64,000 nucleotides of DNA from a virus. The notes beneath the pieces were generated by a model. The model was not told the DNA's origin and ran no database searches. It worked only from the letters and a program-made list of their open reading frames with translations. The stretch covers positions 1 to 64,000 of IMG/VR virus record IMGVR_UViG_3300009187_000021. One strand, given 5' to 3'. Positions 28,401 through 36,446 of this stretch are shown one piece after another. Position numbers and translations under genes: made by a program. The first letter of the stretch is position 1. Each line of letters begins with the position of its first letter.

Positions 28401-31151
28401 ATTTGCAACCAATGCTGGTGGAACTGTAACACCCATAATAAATGTATTGGTGTTTACTTTTCCTTCAGAGTCAGTAATAGTAATTGTGTATGTTGTATTT
28501 CCAACTATACTTGCTGAGTTACCAGTAATAAGACCACTGTTACTATTGATCTCAACATACTCTGGCAAAGTAGGCGAAACAGAATATGTGTATGGTGTAA
28601 ATCCACCTTTGGCTTCTACTGGTGTAAATGGTGTTAATACCAAATATCGGTACAACTGAGTGTTGCCGGTCGTTGTTCTGTTTGCCAATAATGGTTGATT
28701 GATCGACGTTAGATAGAATGAACTATTACTGTTTTGACTTATAGCATCAGTAGCAGTAACAACATACAAAGCGTTCGCGGATTTCTCAGACGATAGACCA
28801 GATATTACACCATTGTTTTTATCGAATATTAAACCAGTAGGTAATGTTGGTGTTATTGAGAATGTAAGTGTTCCAAATCCACCAGTTGCTGTGACTGGAG
28901 TGAACGGTGTATCATCTACTAACTTGATGACAGTCTTGACTGGAATTACAGTAGTTGTCGCCAATACAGGAGGAACTTCAACCGTCAATACAAATGATTT
29001 AGATCCAGATTTGCCAGATGAATCTGTTACTGTTATAGTATGAGTAGTTGGACCAACAGAAAATGTTGCAGTTCCAGTAATTTTACCAGTCGTTGCAGAT
29101 AGTGACAGTCCTGCTGTTAGTGCAGGAGAAACTGAGAATGTATATACTCCAGATCCACCTGTCGCAGTGACAGGAGCAAACTCTGTTGTTGCAACGCCTC
29201 TAAATATTGATTGTGTTGGTATTGCTTGTTTTACTACTAGAGTTGGACTATCGATTGTGAGTGAGAATGTACTGTTACTAATTTGTTGTGCTTGATCACG
29301 AACGGTAACAATATAATTATTAGCATTTGCAAAAGATGCAGCAGTTCCAGAAATCGCACCAGTGGCAGCATTGATTGCTAATCCAGATGGTAAAGTTGGA
29401 GTAGTGCTCCAAGATAATGTGCCATAACCACCAGTTGCAGTAACTGGAGAAAATGCAGTTGCCGGTTCGCCTGCCACAACATTCTGCGAAGGAATTACTG
29501 TGGTTGTAACAAGTGGAGTTGGTGCATTAACGGTTAGATAGAATGTCTTATTAACACTGGTTGGTGTTTGATCTGTTGCCGTAATTACATATGTTGTATT
29601 CGAATGTACTGCATTGGCTGTACCATCAATCTCACCAGTTGTTGTTGAGAAAGTTAATAGTGGATGTAATGCAGGCGAAATAGAATATGTAATCGTACCT
29701 GTTCCACCCGTTGCCGTCACTGGAATGAAAGCATTTACTTCCACATTTGAAGTAATAATTTTTGATGGAATTTCTAGAGTAGAAGATAGTGCTGTTGCCG
29801 CAACAGAAAGTGAAAATGTTTTACTACTAGTTTGTGATGCTTGATCCGTGACTGTAACAGTATATGTTGTTACAGAACTGGTTGCAGTTGGAGTTCCAGA
29901 TATTGCACCATTCGTTGTAGAGAATGTCAGTCCTGTAGGCAGTGCTGGTGAAATAGCATATGCTAGTGTTCCAAATCCACCGGATGCGGTGACTGGTGTA
30001 AACGTTGGTGCTAAAATATTCTTAGTTAATGTAGTAGTTGGAACTACTTGTGTTGTTGTTAATGCAAGTAGTGCATCAACTACAAGCGTGAAGGTAGCAG
30101 TCGCTGTTAATGGTACTGCACCCGCATCTTTAATTGTAACCGTATACAGTGTTGAAGAACTTGGTACAGTTGCAGTACCAGTAATTGCACCAAGTGAAGA
30201 GAAAGTTAATCCAGCAGGCAGTGCTGGTAAAACTGTAAATGTTAATACTCCTGTACCGCCTGTTGCGGTCACTGGAGTGAACGATGTTGTTGCAATGTTC
30301 TGTTGTAACGTCTTAGTTGGAATAACAGTCTTTGCAATCAAAGGAATGGATTCAACTGATAGTGAGAATGTTTCAGATTTAGATTGAGGAGGAGATCCAG
30401 AATCTGTAACTGTTACTGTGTATGTCGTTGCAGGCGATGCGGTAGCACTAGTACCTGTGATTTCACCAGTAGATGTGTTGAGTGTGAATCCAGTAGGCAA
30501 CGGTGGAGCGATTGCGAATGTTATTGCACCGGATCCACCAGATGCAACAACTGGAGTATATCCCGATTCGGCAACACCAACCGTTTCAGTCTTAGTTGGA
30601 ACTGATTGAGTTAATGCTAAAATAGATGCAGTTGCTGTACTTAAACTAAATGAAATTGATCCAGATAAACCAGAAGAATCTGTTACTGTGACTTTATAAG
30701 AAGTTAGAGGTGTTGCTGCTGACGCTGCACCTGTGATCGACAATTTAATACTATTATAAAGTGATCCATTAACTGTGATTGTCGAGAATACTTTATTTAA
30801 AGTTAGTCCAGCAGGCAGTGCAGGAGAAATGCTATAGTTTAATCCAACAAATGTACCAGATGTGCTATACGAAGTTGCAATTGCGCCACCGCCATAGACT
30901 GTTCCAATATCAAAGTCAACAGTTTGTGATAAATTTAAATTCTTAGTTGTTATTAATGCAGAAGAAACTAATGGAGGAACAGAAGTTGGAACAACTGGAT
31001 TTGTTCCAGTATACTTACTCCATAATTTGATAACAGCAGGTTTTGTTAAAACAACCGGAGCACCATTGACTACAAAGTAATCACCAATAGAATATTGAGG
31101 TAGATTCGTTGAAGGTTGTGTTGCTGGATACGGAGAATAAAAAATTGCCAT
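22485..31151 (-). CDS. Giant tail fibre (2888 aa): about 12 N-terminal putative Ig/cadherin-like repeats, Ala/Asn coiled coil, GGTG fibre repeats
   Basis: Twelve ISPALP.GL...TG.I.G motifs at ~92-aa spacing; many P..xGGTG motifs; C-terminal VDQF...FRSAKYFIQM domain. Confidence 0.8.
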   Translation of the reverse strand: MAIFYSPYPATQPSTNLPQYSIGDYFVVNGAPVVLTKPAVIKLWSKYTGTNPVVPTSVPPLVSSALITTKNLNLSQTVDFDIGTVYGGGAIATSYSTSGTFVGLNYSISPALPAGLTLNKVFSTITVNGSLYNSIKLSITGAASAATPLTSYKVTVTDSSGLSGSISFSLSTATASILALTQSVPTKTETVGVAESGYTPVVASGGSGAITFAIAPPLPTGFTLNTSTGEITGTSATASPATTYTVTVTDSGSPPQSKSETFSLSVESIPLIAKTVIPTKTLQQNIATTSFTPVTATGGTGVLTFTVLPALPAGLTFSSLGAITGTATVPSSSTLYTVTIKDAGAVPLTATATFTLVVDALLALTTTQVVPTTTLTKNILAPTFTPVTASGGFGTLAYAISPALPTGLTFSTTNGAISGTPTATSSVTTYTVTVTDQASQTSSKTFSLSVAATALSSTLEIPSKIITSNVEVNAFIPVTATGGTGTITYSISPALHPLLTFSTTTGEIDGTANAVHSNTTYVITATDQTPTSVNKTFYLTVNAPTPLVTTTVIPSQNVVAGEPATAFSPVTATGGYGTLSWSTTPTLPSGLAINAATGAISGTAASFANANNYIVTVRDQAQQISNSTFSLTIDSPTLVVKQAIPTQSIFRGVATTEFAPVTATGGSGVYTFSVSPALTAGLSLSATTGKITGTATFSVGPTTHTITVTDSSGKSGSKSFVLTVEVPPVLATTTVIPVKTVIKLVDDTPFTPVTATGGFGTLTFSITPTLPTGLIFDKNNGVISGLSSEKSANALYVVTATDAISQNSNSSFYLTSINQPLLANRTTTGNTQLYRYLVLTPFTPVEAKGGFTPYTYSVSPTLPEYVEINSNSGLITGNSASIVGNTTYTITITDSEGKVNTNTFIMGVTVPPALVANTVVPSVNVTTSLALTSVIPVVATGGYQPLRYSIGPSLPTGLKLSATTGAITGLTTSLSTNTSYTITATDILNNSTSSTFFLTASAPLLSATVNTPTKTVVKYKLVDEFTPIVATGGFDPLTYSISPALPDILKLNTSTGEITGKSDYTTANTLYTVNISDSANQTAQATFFMTVAETMPIPLEAVLQVSNVDIYQGDITSVTPVAGSGGTGTYKYAISPSTLPTGLIFDTITGTISGVSSVTAVNSPYVITVSDSVPQYKSQTVYLLVSTAPPSAIDRVARQIANSKASLAFYRIVANGNAITATSNADTVHINANVANGIIIVSNTTTKTINLSLSRILSNAGTYGANNQIPIITIGTDGRISNVSTANIDTTTANAAYAQANTANAIANLAYAQAVTANNLANLAFAVANSGSGQANSGSVLAQAAFNAANTKLSLSGGTISGNVIIQNDLSVLGNVNFIGNVTSVTVSGNAGQFFGYTANGFNALYAGIPVGYLVEPQMVQQLSANYNGYAGLNMQNINSGANASFDVFITADNGSPTDGYLDLGLASSNYNYVGEEFDIIQKNDGYLFTHGNTTTRGGNTIIGSYHNDVVISANGMGKSSEIVRFTSGANTGKSVIITGNVSANSVNARSITLSDGTNIATRLDAAFATANITPTLQSVTEQGASTFIPVQITNNTTSEGITTGALIVYGGIASRNRISANTLFVAGQANVGSRLTVNGDISMANNTTIRPGRGSTTDSPFKFTAGTLKTDPLNGDLEFDGGQLYITVEDNDRRAVATSDKVPFGAVLQPVRSVVTSNTSVSAVANNGSNLSVYDGVVLQLYDRVLFTGQDSPINNGIYVFQGEGQNYIRSTDMNIDSNTVGGTMVAVSDGIQYQESVWILKTLDPIVVDTDPLLWERVISRDSVSISNLSNTAGLLTKTQDGSVVQRTITANAQAGLFVTNGTGANGNPQIDVSVIPINRGGTGVTNTADLLDALGVAGAGVNTNITELAGLTKGIRVAYGGTGAYDGRVGSGGAYYGRLGAKKNLLLKPDQYGVTYSGTYGDQLSWPSQNSATVYTQGFGTDYVLTLKMPDAPIGATYAGTSDFIDFKSPYPTMVNKNGQKLTVTETYNQDLNYWTRQAQWKAVIDVGYDYANNRYDTANVGMALMMDQYGQIQWNTLAGGGTVIGVRGEATDSDITIINYNTAGNSVGYITSNGRINIALNTITHSKLPVVQLTKGGTGNPNMGSGYLSSNGTIVTANIHIPGNTISGNLLLSNMNVQHGGTGANNRIGAMINLLPSYDGNNGKALLVKSDSSDVEWVSVSGVGTVTSVGISVPADNSIVIGNSPITAAGNITMKLGEVPVANGGTGNGALSFGYVYVNGNTAGARMTSNIHIPGSVISGNISGAAGGLIPGVVVPLTNGGTGAGGSLDNDINRRNAKSNLLKLDSESPTHRQVLTFWNPPASATLDKITWRSIYTTPNTHSSNAVFANTRGINYTNGSSNNYLLAPFLRYRPANPYDPGSDISLEWEYPYPSPNGISNTVLTHVGNNELAWTATSQGVVRDVVSTSFTVTTANVGQTVFINTPFNGLAVANGGTGATARANAINNLLPSQANNNGYVLFTDGGNAYWQSVPGTGTVTFVGLEFDPGEPFSVSGSPITAAGTFNLALSTVPISKGGTAATTIGAARTNLGAAKSGVNSDITRLTGLVTPLAVSQGGTGTNNLTGYIKGNGTGAFTAVASIPAGDLGIGTLGMQNADAVNIIGGAISNVTLKHVTVGNNMLGMSTVSYSIIRDSVLTSNVKVTLDEATITGNTILSGNVTIQSALSVSGDITTTSNLRANFIQSDNDITANGNILVLGNSKVNGTSNVNSITANNGIYLNPISWMSSNTFTTSGLSQVTVDQFSAANFRSAKYFIQMTSGTRYHATELTMIHDDTNAYISQFGTVKSSVVLGTFDASVVAGALTLKFTPVFSATTLKMHRTTIRK

Positions 31152-31160
31152 ATTTTTCTA

Positions 31161-32084
31161 TTAAAACCTAACTGTTAAGTCTTTGAAATCATTATATGTA
31201 GTGAAGTCAGTATAGATGTAGATGCTATCTGTTGTGTCATCATAATAGAAGTCACCAGGTATCAAAGTATTTATATCTAGATTTGCAGCCCAGTCAACGT
31301 TCGTTATGAATCTCGCCGCACGATTACTTTGTGCCCATGTGTTGCTGCCAAAAAATATTGAGCCACCAATATTAATTGATACATTAGCGAAAGCAACATT
31401 ACCTGAAATGATATTATTTGCAAAAGCGAATGCTGCATCTGCATTAATTGTTGCAATATTTGCCTGACGGTATGCAGCATTCGCAACAATGAATGCTATG
31501 TTTGCATTTGCAGTAGCACTATTAGCCTGACGGTATGCAGCATTAGCAATCGTTAACGCATTATTTGCATCGGTGGTTGCAATATTTGCTTGTGCGTATG
31601 CCGCATTCGCAACAGTAAATGCAATGTTTGCGTTTGCCGTCGCACTATTCGCCTGTAGATATGCAGAGTTGGCTATTGTGAGTGCGTTGTTTGCATCTCT
31701 TGTTGCAGTATTTGCCTGAGTATACCCACTATTTGCAATTGTCAGAGCATTGTTTGCATCTCTTGTTGCAGTATTCGCCTGTTCATAAGACGCATTAGCA
31801 ATTGTTCCAGCATTATTTGCATCTTTTGTTGCAGTATTCGCCTGATTATACGCAGAATTGGCAATTACAATTACGCTATTTACAACACCAAATACAGTAT
31901 TGATTGTTTCTAATACTGATTTACCACCAATTTCAATAATAAAAGATCCATTAGTGGTAGTGTTCGAACCGATGTAAAGAGTATTCGATACGAACGAGTA
32001 TGCTAACTGACCATCTAGAAGATTATTTGGTGTCGTATTGGCATACGATCTTAATATTTGAACTGATGAGTTATTTGCTGCCAT
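31161..32084 (-). CDS. Fibre protein with seven 21-aa Ala/Asn coiled-coil repeats
   Basis: N-terminal VQILRS...LLDGQLAYSFVSNTLYIG; IANSAYxQANTATRDANNALT-type repeat x7. Confidence 0.75.
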   Translation of the reverse strand: MAANNSSVQILRSYANTTPNNLLDGQLAYSFVSNTLYIGSNTTTNGSFIIEIGGKSVLETINTVFGVVNSVIVIANSAYNQANTATKDANNAGTIANASYEQANTATRDANNALTIANSGYTQANTATRDANNALTIANSAYLQANSATANANIAFTVANAAYAQANIATTDANNALTIANAAYRQANSATANANIAFIVANAAYRQANIATINADAAFAFANNIISGNVAFANVSINIGGSIFFGSNTWAQSNRAARFITNVDWAANLDINTLIPGDFYYDDTTDSIYIYTDFTTYNDFKDLTVRF

Positions 32085-32302
32085 TAAAAATATCCATCAT
32101 CGATTACGTATGGACTAAAAACAAAAGTATTAGTATTCGCTTGATATACTAGAACATAACCATCTTGAATGCCAGTAATACTAACATCAGATAGATTTTT
32201 TAGTTGCGATACACCACCACCACCGGCAGTACCGATTGTAACTCTAGCAGTCTCTGGTCTTTGTGATCTAACAGAAATTGTACCGATCGTTTGAGTTGCC
32301 AT
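32084..32302 (-). CDS. Small fibre-linker protein ending VIDDGYF
   Basis: LKNLSDVSITGIQDGYVLVY motif; TAATG coupling to the next gene. Confidence 0.7.
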   Translation of the reverse strand: MATQTIGTISVRSQRPETARVTIGTAGGGGVSQLKNLSDVSITGIQDGYVLVYQANTNTFVFSPYVIDDGYF

Positions 32303-32308
32303 CTTTGT

Positions 32309-32644
32309 TTACCTAGTTACGTTAGGAGAAACTTCAGCAATACCCTCAAGAATTCTACTCTTATTTCCAGTGCCATCATTGATTAAAAGATCATAAACAT
32401 ACCGACCGGGTGCAATATTAGATGTGGTATTAGCATCTAAAGTTAATGTTATTGATCCAGTGGAAGTATTTATTGCAGTCGTAAAAGTTGCAGTCGTGTT
32501 TGCAGAGTAGTAAGATTTTCTAATCTGACTAGACGCAGAAAAATTCATTAGATTATATGATGCACCATAAGTGTCATCTAATGTCACACTTGTTGAGAAA
32601 GAAGAACCTTTCTCAATATACAGGTAATAATAAGAAGCACCCAT
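32309..32644 (-). CDS. Small conserved virion structural protein (BppU-N-like)
   Basis: LYIEKGSSF...SQIRKSYYS...GRYVYDLLI...RILEGIAEVSPNVTR, a pattern typical of T4-like baseplate/fibre anchor proteins. Confidence 0.65.
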   Translation of the reverse strand: MGASYYYLYIEKGSSFSTSVTLDDTYGASYNLMNFSASSQIRKSYYSANTTATFTTAINTSTGSITLTLDANTTSNIAPGRYVYDLLINDGTGNKSRILEGIAEVSPNVTR

Positions 32645-32668
32645 TCGAATCCCCTCTTCTTTAAATGA

Positions 32669-32676
32669 TATTTATG
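32669..32676 (-). promoter_or_regulatory. Late promoter variant CATAAATA
   Basis: tatttatg in the intergenic gap. Confidence 0.55.
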
Positions 32677-34560
32677 TCAAGAGGGATTCTTTAATTTCTC
32701 TATTTCTTCTTTTAAAGATGTTACCTGAGAATTTAATTCTTTGATGGATTCAATCAATAATCCTACCATGTTTCCATATGCGACAGTATACATGCCACTG
32801 TGAGTTGTAGACACAGCTTCTGGTAGAACATTAATCAATTCTTGTGCAATCACACCAGTCTGAGAACCAACATCAATATCAGTTCTTTCAAAAGTATATC
32901 CAGATATCTTATTCACTTTTTCTAGAGCATTTTCAATAACTTTGATATTTTTTTTCAGTCTCGCGTCAGAGTATGCAGTTACGTTGCCGCCGCAAGTTAA
33001 GTCTGTTCCATTATAAGTTAGTCCAGAACCAGTTGCTAGTGCTGATCCAGAAGATGCATACACAACACCACCAGAAGTAAATGAACTTAGTCCAGTACCA
33101 CCTTGGTTTGTCGGTACTGTTCCAGAAGATGTTAACTTCTTGTTTCCATCCGTGAATACTGGTTTGGTTGCAGTGAGTGTTGCAGCAGTAATATCACCGG
33201 TGATTACTGCCTCAGATCCAACATATAGTTTTTTAATAATGCCAACGCCACCACCAACAACTAATGCACCAGTGCTAGTTGAAGATGAATCTGTTGCAGA
33301 GAAAATTGTTGCATTAGCACCAACGTTTATAAAACTGTCAGTAGAGATGCTTCCGTTTGAATATATTCTCTTAGCAACGCCAAGACCGCCTTTTACTACT
33401 ACTGCACCAACAATTGGACTTGCTGCATCTGTAGTATTATTTGCATAAATAACACCGTTTGATGAGATGCTTCCAGTAACATTCAATCTCAGTGCAACTC
33501 CAAGACCGCCCTTAGTCTGTATAGCACCAGTAGAATCACTGAAAGATTCTGCTGCATAATTTACATAGAGTGGACCGGAAGAACTTATAGATCCATCTGA
33601 ATGTATACTAGTACCTGCAATTAAATTAGCAACACCAAGACCACCAGCAACTACTGCTGCACCATTATTGTATGAAGTTGATTCTGTTGTGTCATTTACC
33701 TTGAATATGCCGCCAACATTCAACCTTTTAGTAATACCAACTCCACCAGCAGTTACTATTGCACCCGTTGATACAGATGTTGATTCATTTGTGTTAGCAA
33801 AATATGCTGAACCAGTTACTGCTAAATTTGCACCAAGTGTTGTGTTGCCAGAAACAGTTAATCTTTGACCAATATCTACGTTTGCAGAAACTATCATCGA
33901 GTTTGAGATGTTAACTTTACCGCCAAGTTGAATCTCAGCAGTTGATTGTACCTTCATAGTGCCACCAATATAGATATCACCACCGATACCCATACCACCA
34001 GTGACAACAAATGCACCAGAACTAATTGATGTCGAATCTCTACTGTTAGGAATTACAACTGTACCAGATGCATCAAGATAAATGTCATCACTTGTGTCGT
34101 TAGTAACTTGAATGTGTAACTTTCTTGCATCACCAGCAGTCGCATAGTACTTAATGTTTGCAGAATCGCCAGTCGTTCCGCCCAGAAATGAAATACCATT
34201 TGATCCAGATCCAAAAGTTGGCATAATCATACCGCCAACTAGAAGATTACCAAGAATGTTTGCAGTACCATTAGCTAAGAAACTAGTTCCTGTATTCGAA
34301 AGATAAAGTTGTCTTTGTACAGTTAAATCATTCTGAACTGTTGCAGATGATCCAGAACCGGCAACAGTTAAGACACCCTGTACGATTGCATCATTCTTGA
34401 CCAGTAGACCCGTGCCAGAACTATTAATTGTGAACGTGCCAGAATCTTTGATGTAGTTGTTCGCACCAATATCATTGGTTTCTGCCAGAACTTTGTTCGT
34501 CGTGACAACCCAATCACCAAAAGTATTGGCATATCCTAATGGTACTACTTGATTAGACAT
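32677..34560 (-). CDS. Tail fibre with C-terminal intramolecular chaperone (Peptidase_S74-like)
   Basis: Repeated S....GA.V..GG.G motifs; GNVTAYSDARLKKNI...GVIAQEL..VLPEAV...VAYGNMVGLLIESIKEL. Confidence 0.85.
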   Translation of the reverse strand: MSNQVVPLGYANTFGDWVVTTNKVLAETNDIGANNYIKDSGTFTINSSGTGLLVKNDAIVQGVLTVAGSGSSATVQNDLTVQRQLYLSNTGTSFLANGTANILGNLLVGGMIMPTFGSGSNGISFLGGTTGDSANIKYYATAGDARKLHIQVTNDTSDDIYLDASGTVVIPNSRDSTSISSGAFVVTGGMGIGGDIYIGGTMKVQSTAEIQLGGKVNISNSMIVSANVDIGQRLTVSGNTTLGANLAVTGSAYFANTNESTSVSTGAIVTAGGVGITKRLNVGGIFKVNDTTESTSYNNGAAVVAGGLGVANLIAGTSIHSDGSISSSGPLYVNYAAESFSDSTGAIQTKGGLGVALRLNVTGSISSNGVIYANNTTDAASPIVGAVVVKGGLGVAKRIYSNGSISTDSFINVGANATIFSATDSSSTSTGALVVGGGVGIIKKLYVGSEAVITGDITAATLTATKPVFTDGNKKLTSSGTVPTNQGGTGLSSFTSGGVVYASSGSALATGSGLTYNGTDLTCGGNVTAYSDARLKKNIKVIENALEKVNKISGYTFERTDIDVGSQTGVIAQELINVLPEAVSTTHSGMYTVAYGNMVGLLIESIKELNSQVTSLKEEIEKLKNPS

Positions 34561-34786
34561 TTTTATCCTTGATTAATTCTGCTAGTAATTGTTTAATCTC
34601 TGACATATCACTCTTGATCGTTGAAAGTTCATCATTTAATTTATTTATTTCTTGTTTCTGAGTCTTCAACAATCTGACCTTCAAGTAGTATTCATTTCTT
34701 TCCGTATAGTCAGTGCTTGAGAGTTGCATTGTTCTAATGTCTCTGACAAAATTAGCACCCTCAATCTTGACTAAGTTTTCAGACAT
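34553..34786 (-). CDS. Small coiled-coil protein
   Basis: Start reassigned to MSENLVKIEG at 34786; FVRD motif and heptad-rich C-terminus INKLNDELSTIKSDMSEIKQLL. Confidence 0.65.
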   Translation of the reverse strand: MSENLVKIEGANFVRDIRTMQLSSTDYTERNEYYLKVRLLKTQKQEINKLNDELSTIKSDMSEIKQLLAELIKDKNV

Positions 34787-34787
34787 A

Positions 34788-36446
34788 TCAGATATCACCC
34801 GTAGGTAATGCAATAACTCTCAAATCTTTGACAAATGGTGAGAAAGTCGAATCTGCCGATGCCATTACAATTTTAATGGCATATTTGTAGAAGTCATTAA
34901 ATATTAATCCAGTCTTTGGATTAGTATATGATACATAGTTTTGTGAAACACCAGCAGTACCTGGTGCCAATTCAAATTCAATCAAATCGTCTCTTGTTGC
35001 AGAATATCTAATAGATTTACTAATCGAAGTCATTTGTTGCCAATTCGCTTCTTCAATAATCAGAGTATCATCTCTCGAAATAATCTTATAGTAAACAAAG
35101 ATCTTTGTATTCGTTGGGCGATATGCAGTAAGGAATACACGTAGATCACCAGAATCATTACCGGCAGCGAGAGTGACTGGATATGTTTGATATCTAACTA
35201 GTCCATTACCACCAGAGACTGATGTTTCACCATATACTACTACGTTTGCAGGAGTAGTGTTTGCGGCAGAGATCGAGATTGTTGGATTCTTAGAGTATCC
35301 AGAACCAGGAGTAGTGACATACACACTAGTTAATACACCTGATGTAATATAACCCTCAACGATTGCCTGAACACCATCTGCTTCGTTTGGCGCCGACACA
35401 GTGATATTGCCCGATATCTTTCCGTTAGCGCCGCTTAAATATCCTCCACCTCCACCAGTAATAGTAATTATATTATTTGATATAGGCATATTATTAATAA
35501 TGTTCTTGATCACAAAGATATTAGTGCCATCATCAGAAATAACCGGTGAAACTCTTTCATCTTCAGTTGTTAATTTTGCATTTAAATAAAAAGAATTTCT
35601 TGTATCGTTAAGAGTAAGAACTCGTTTGCCGTTGTTATCATTCAAGTAGATGTTATTGACAGCTCGAGTTGCATAATCACCAGGATTTACAATCTTAGAA
35701 GCTTCAAGTAAGAATGTAGTATTCAACATTGTTTGCGATGTGTATACAATATTTGTTTTCTCTGGTTTATGGTGTGATGTTGAAAGATTGTATTGATCGT
35801 ATACAACATTGGCTGAATACTTTTTGTTCGCACTCGATTCAACGATGTTAGTTTTTTGTAATCCATCAGAAACAATAAACTTTAATGTTGGTGAAACAGA
35901 GGTATCAAAACTACATCTGTTGATTACAAACATTAAGTCTCTTGTTTGATCCGCATCATAGTTAATACCATTCTGAGATTCAAACAATGTTCCAATGTAA
36001 GGACTTTTTGCAATCTTAGATAGTGTTGTTGGTGTAGGATCTGTCGATAAATCTTTGACAGAAGATGCCAATGGTGTATCATTCTGTTGGGCGCACCACA
36101 AATTATAACCAGATGAATTGGTTCTTAGAACGAATGCATACAATTCACCAGATTTCACATACACTGGTGCTGGGAATTTAAATTCCGTGTATGTCGTTGA
36201 GTCGATATACTGTGGTGAAGTTGAAACCTTAATGTCAACTGGATATAAAACAACCTCAGAAAAGTCCAACATCTTTGCAGTTGGATATGCACTTTGAGTT
36301 GTTACGATAGCAAGATGCACTGGAATCTGAACAGTTGGTTTCGTTTTGAAGAACAATCGAATAGAACTTAGAAATACACCGTACGGATAAGATGCATCAT
36401 CAATAATAAATGATTGTGCTAACGGATCTAAGATAGTTATTGCCAT
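34788..36446 (-). CDS. C-terminal third of a DUF4815/VrlC-like virion structural protein
   Basis: DPLAQSF...GVFLSSIRLFFKTKP...TEFKFPAPVY...GTLFESQNG...SPVI...KDLRVIAL. Confidence 0.75.
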   Translation of the reverse strand: MAITILDPLAQSFIIDDASYPYGVFLSSIRLFFKTKPTVQIPVHLAIVTTQSAYPTAKMLDFSEVVLYPVDIKVSTSPQYIDSTTYTEFKFPAPVYVKSGELYAFVLRTNSSGYNLWCAQQNDTPLASSVKDLSTDPTPTTLSKIAKSPYIGTLFESQNGINYDADQTRDLMFVINRCSFDTSVSPTLKFIVSDGLQKTNIVESSANKKYSANVVYDQYNLSTSHHKPEKTNIVYTSQTMLNTTFLLEASKIVNPGDYATRAVNNIYLNDNNGKRVLTLNDTRNSFYLNAKLTTEDERVSPVISDDGTNIFVIKNIINNMPISNNIITITGGGGGYLSGANGKISGNITVSAPNEADGVQAIVEGYITSGVLTSVYVTTPGSGYSKNPTISISAANTTPANVVVYGETSVSGGNGLVRYQTYPVTLAAGNDSGDLRVFLTAYRPTNTKIFVYYKIISRDDTLIIEEANWQQMTSISKSIRYSATRDDLIEFELAPGTAGVSQNYVSYTNPKTGLIFNDFYKYAIKIVMASADSTFSPFVKDLRVIALPTGDI

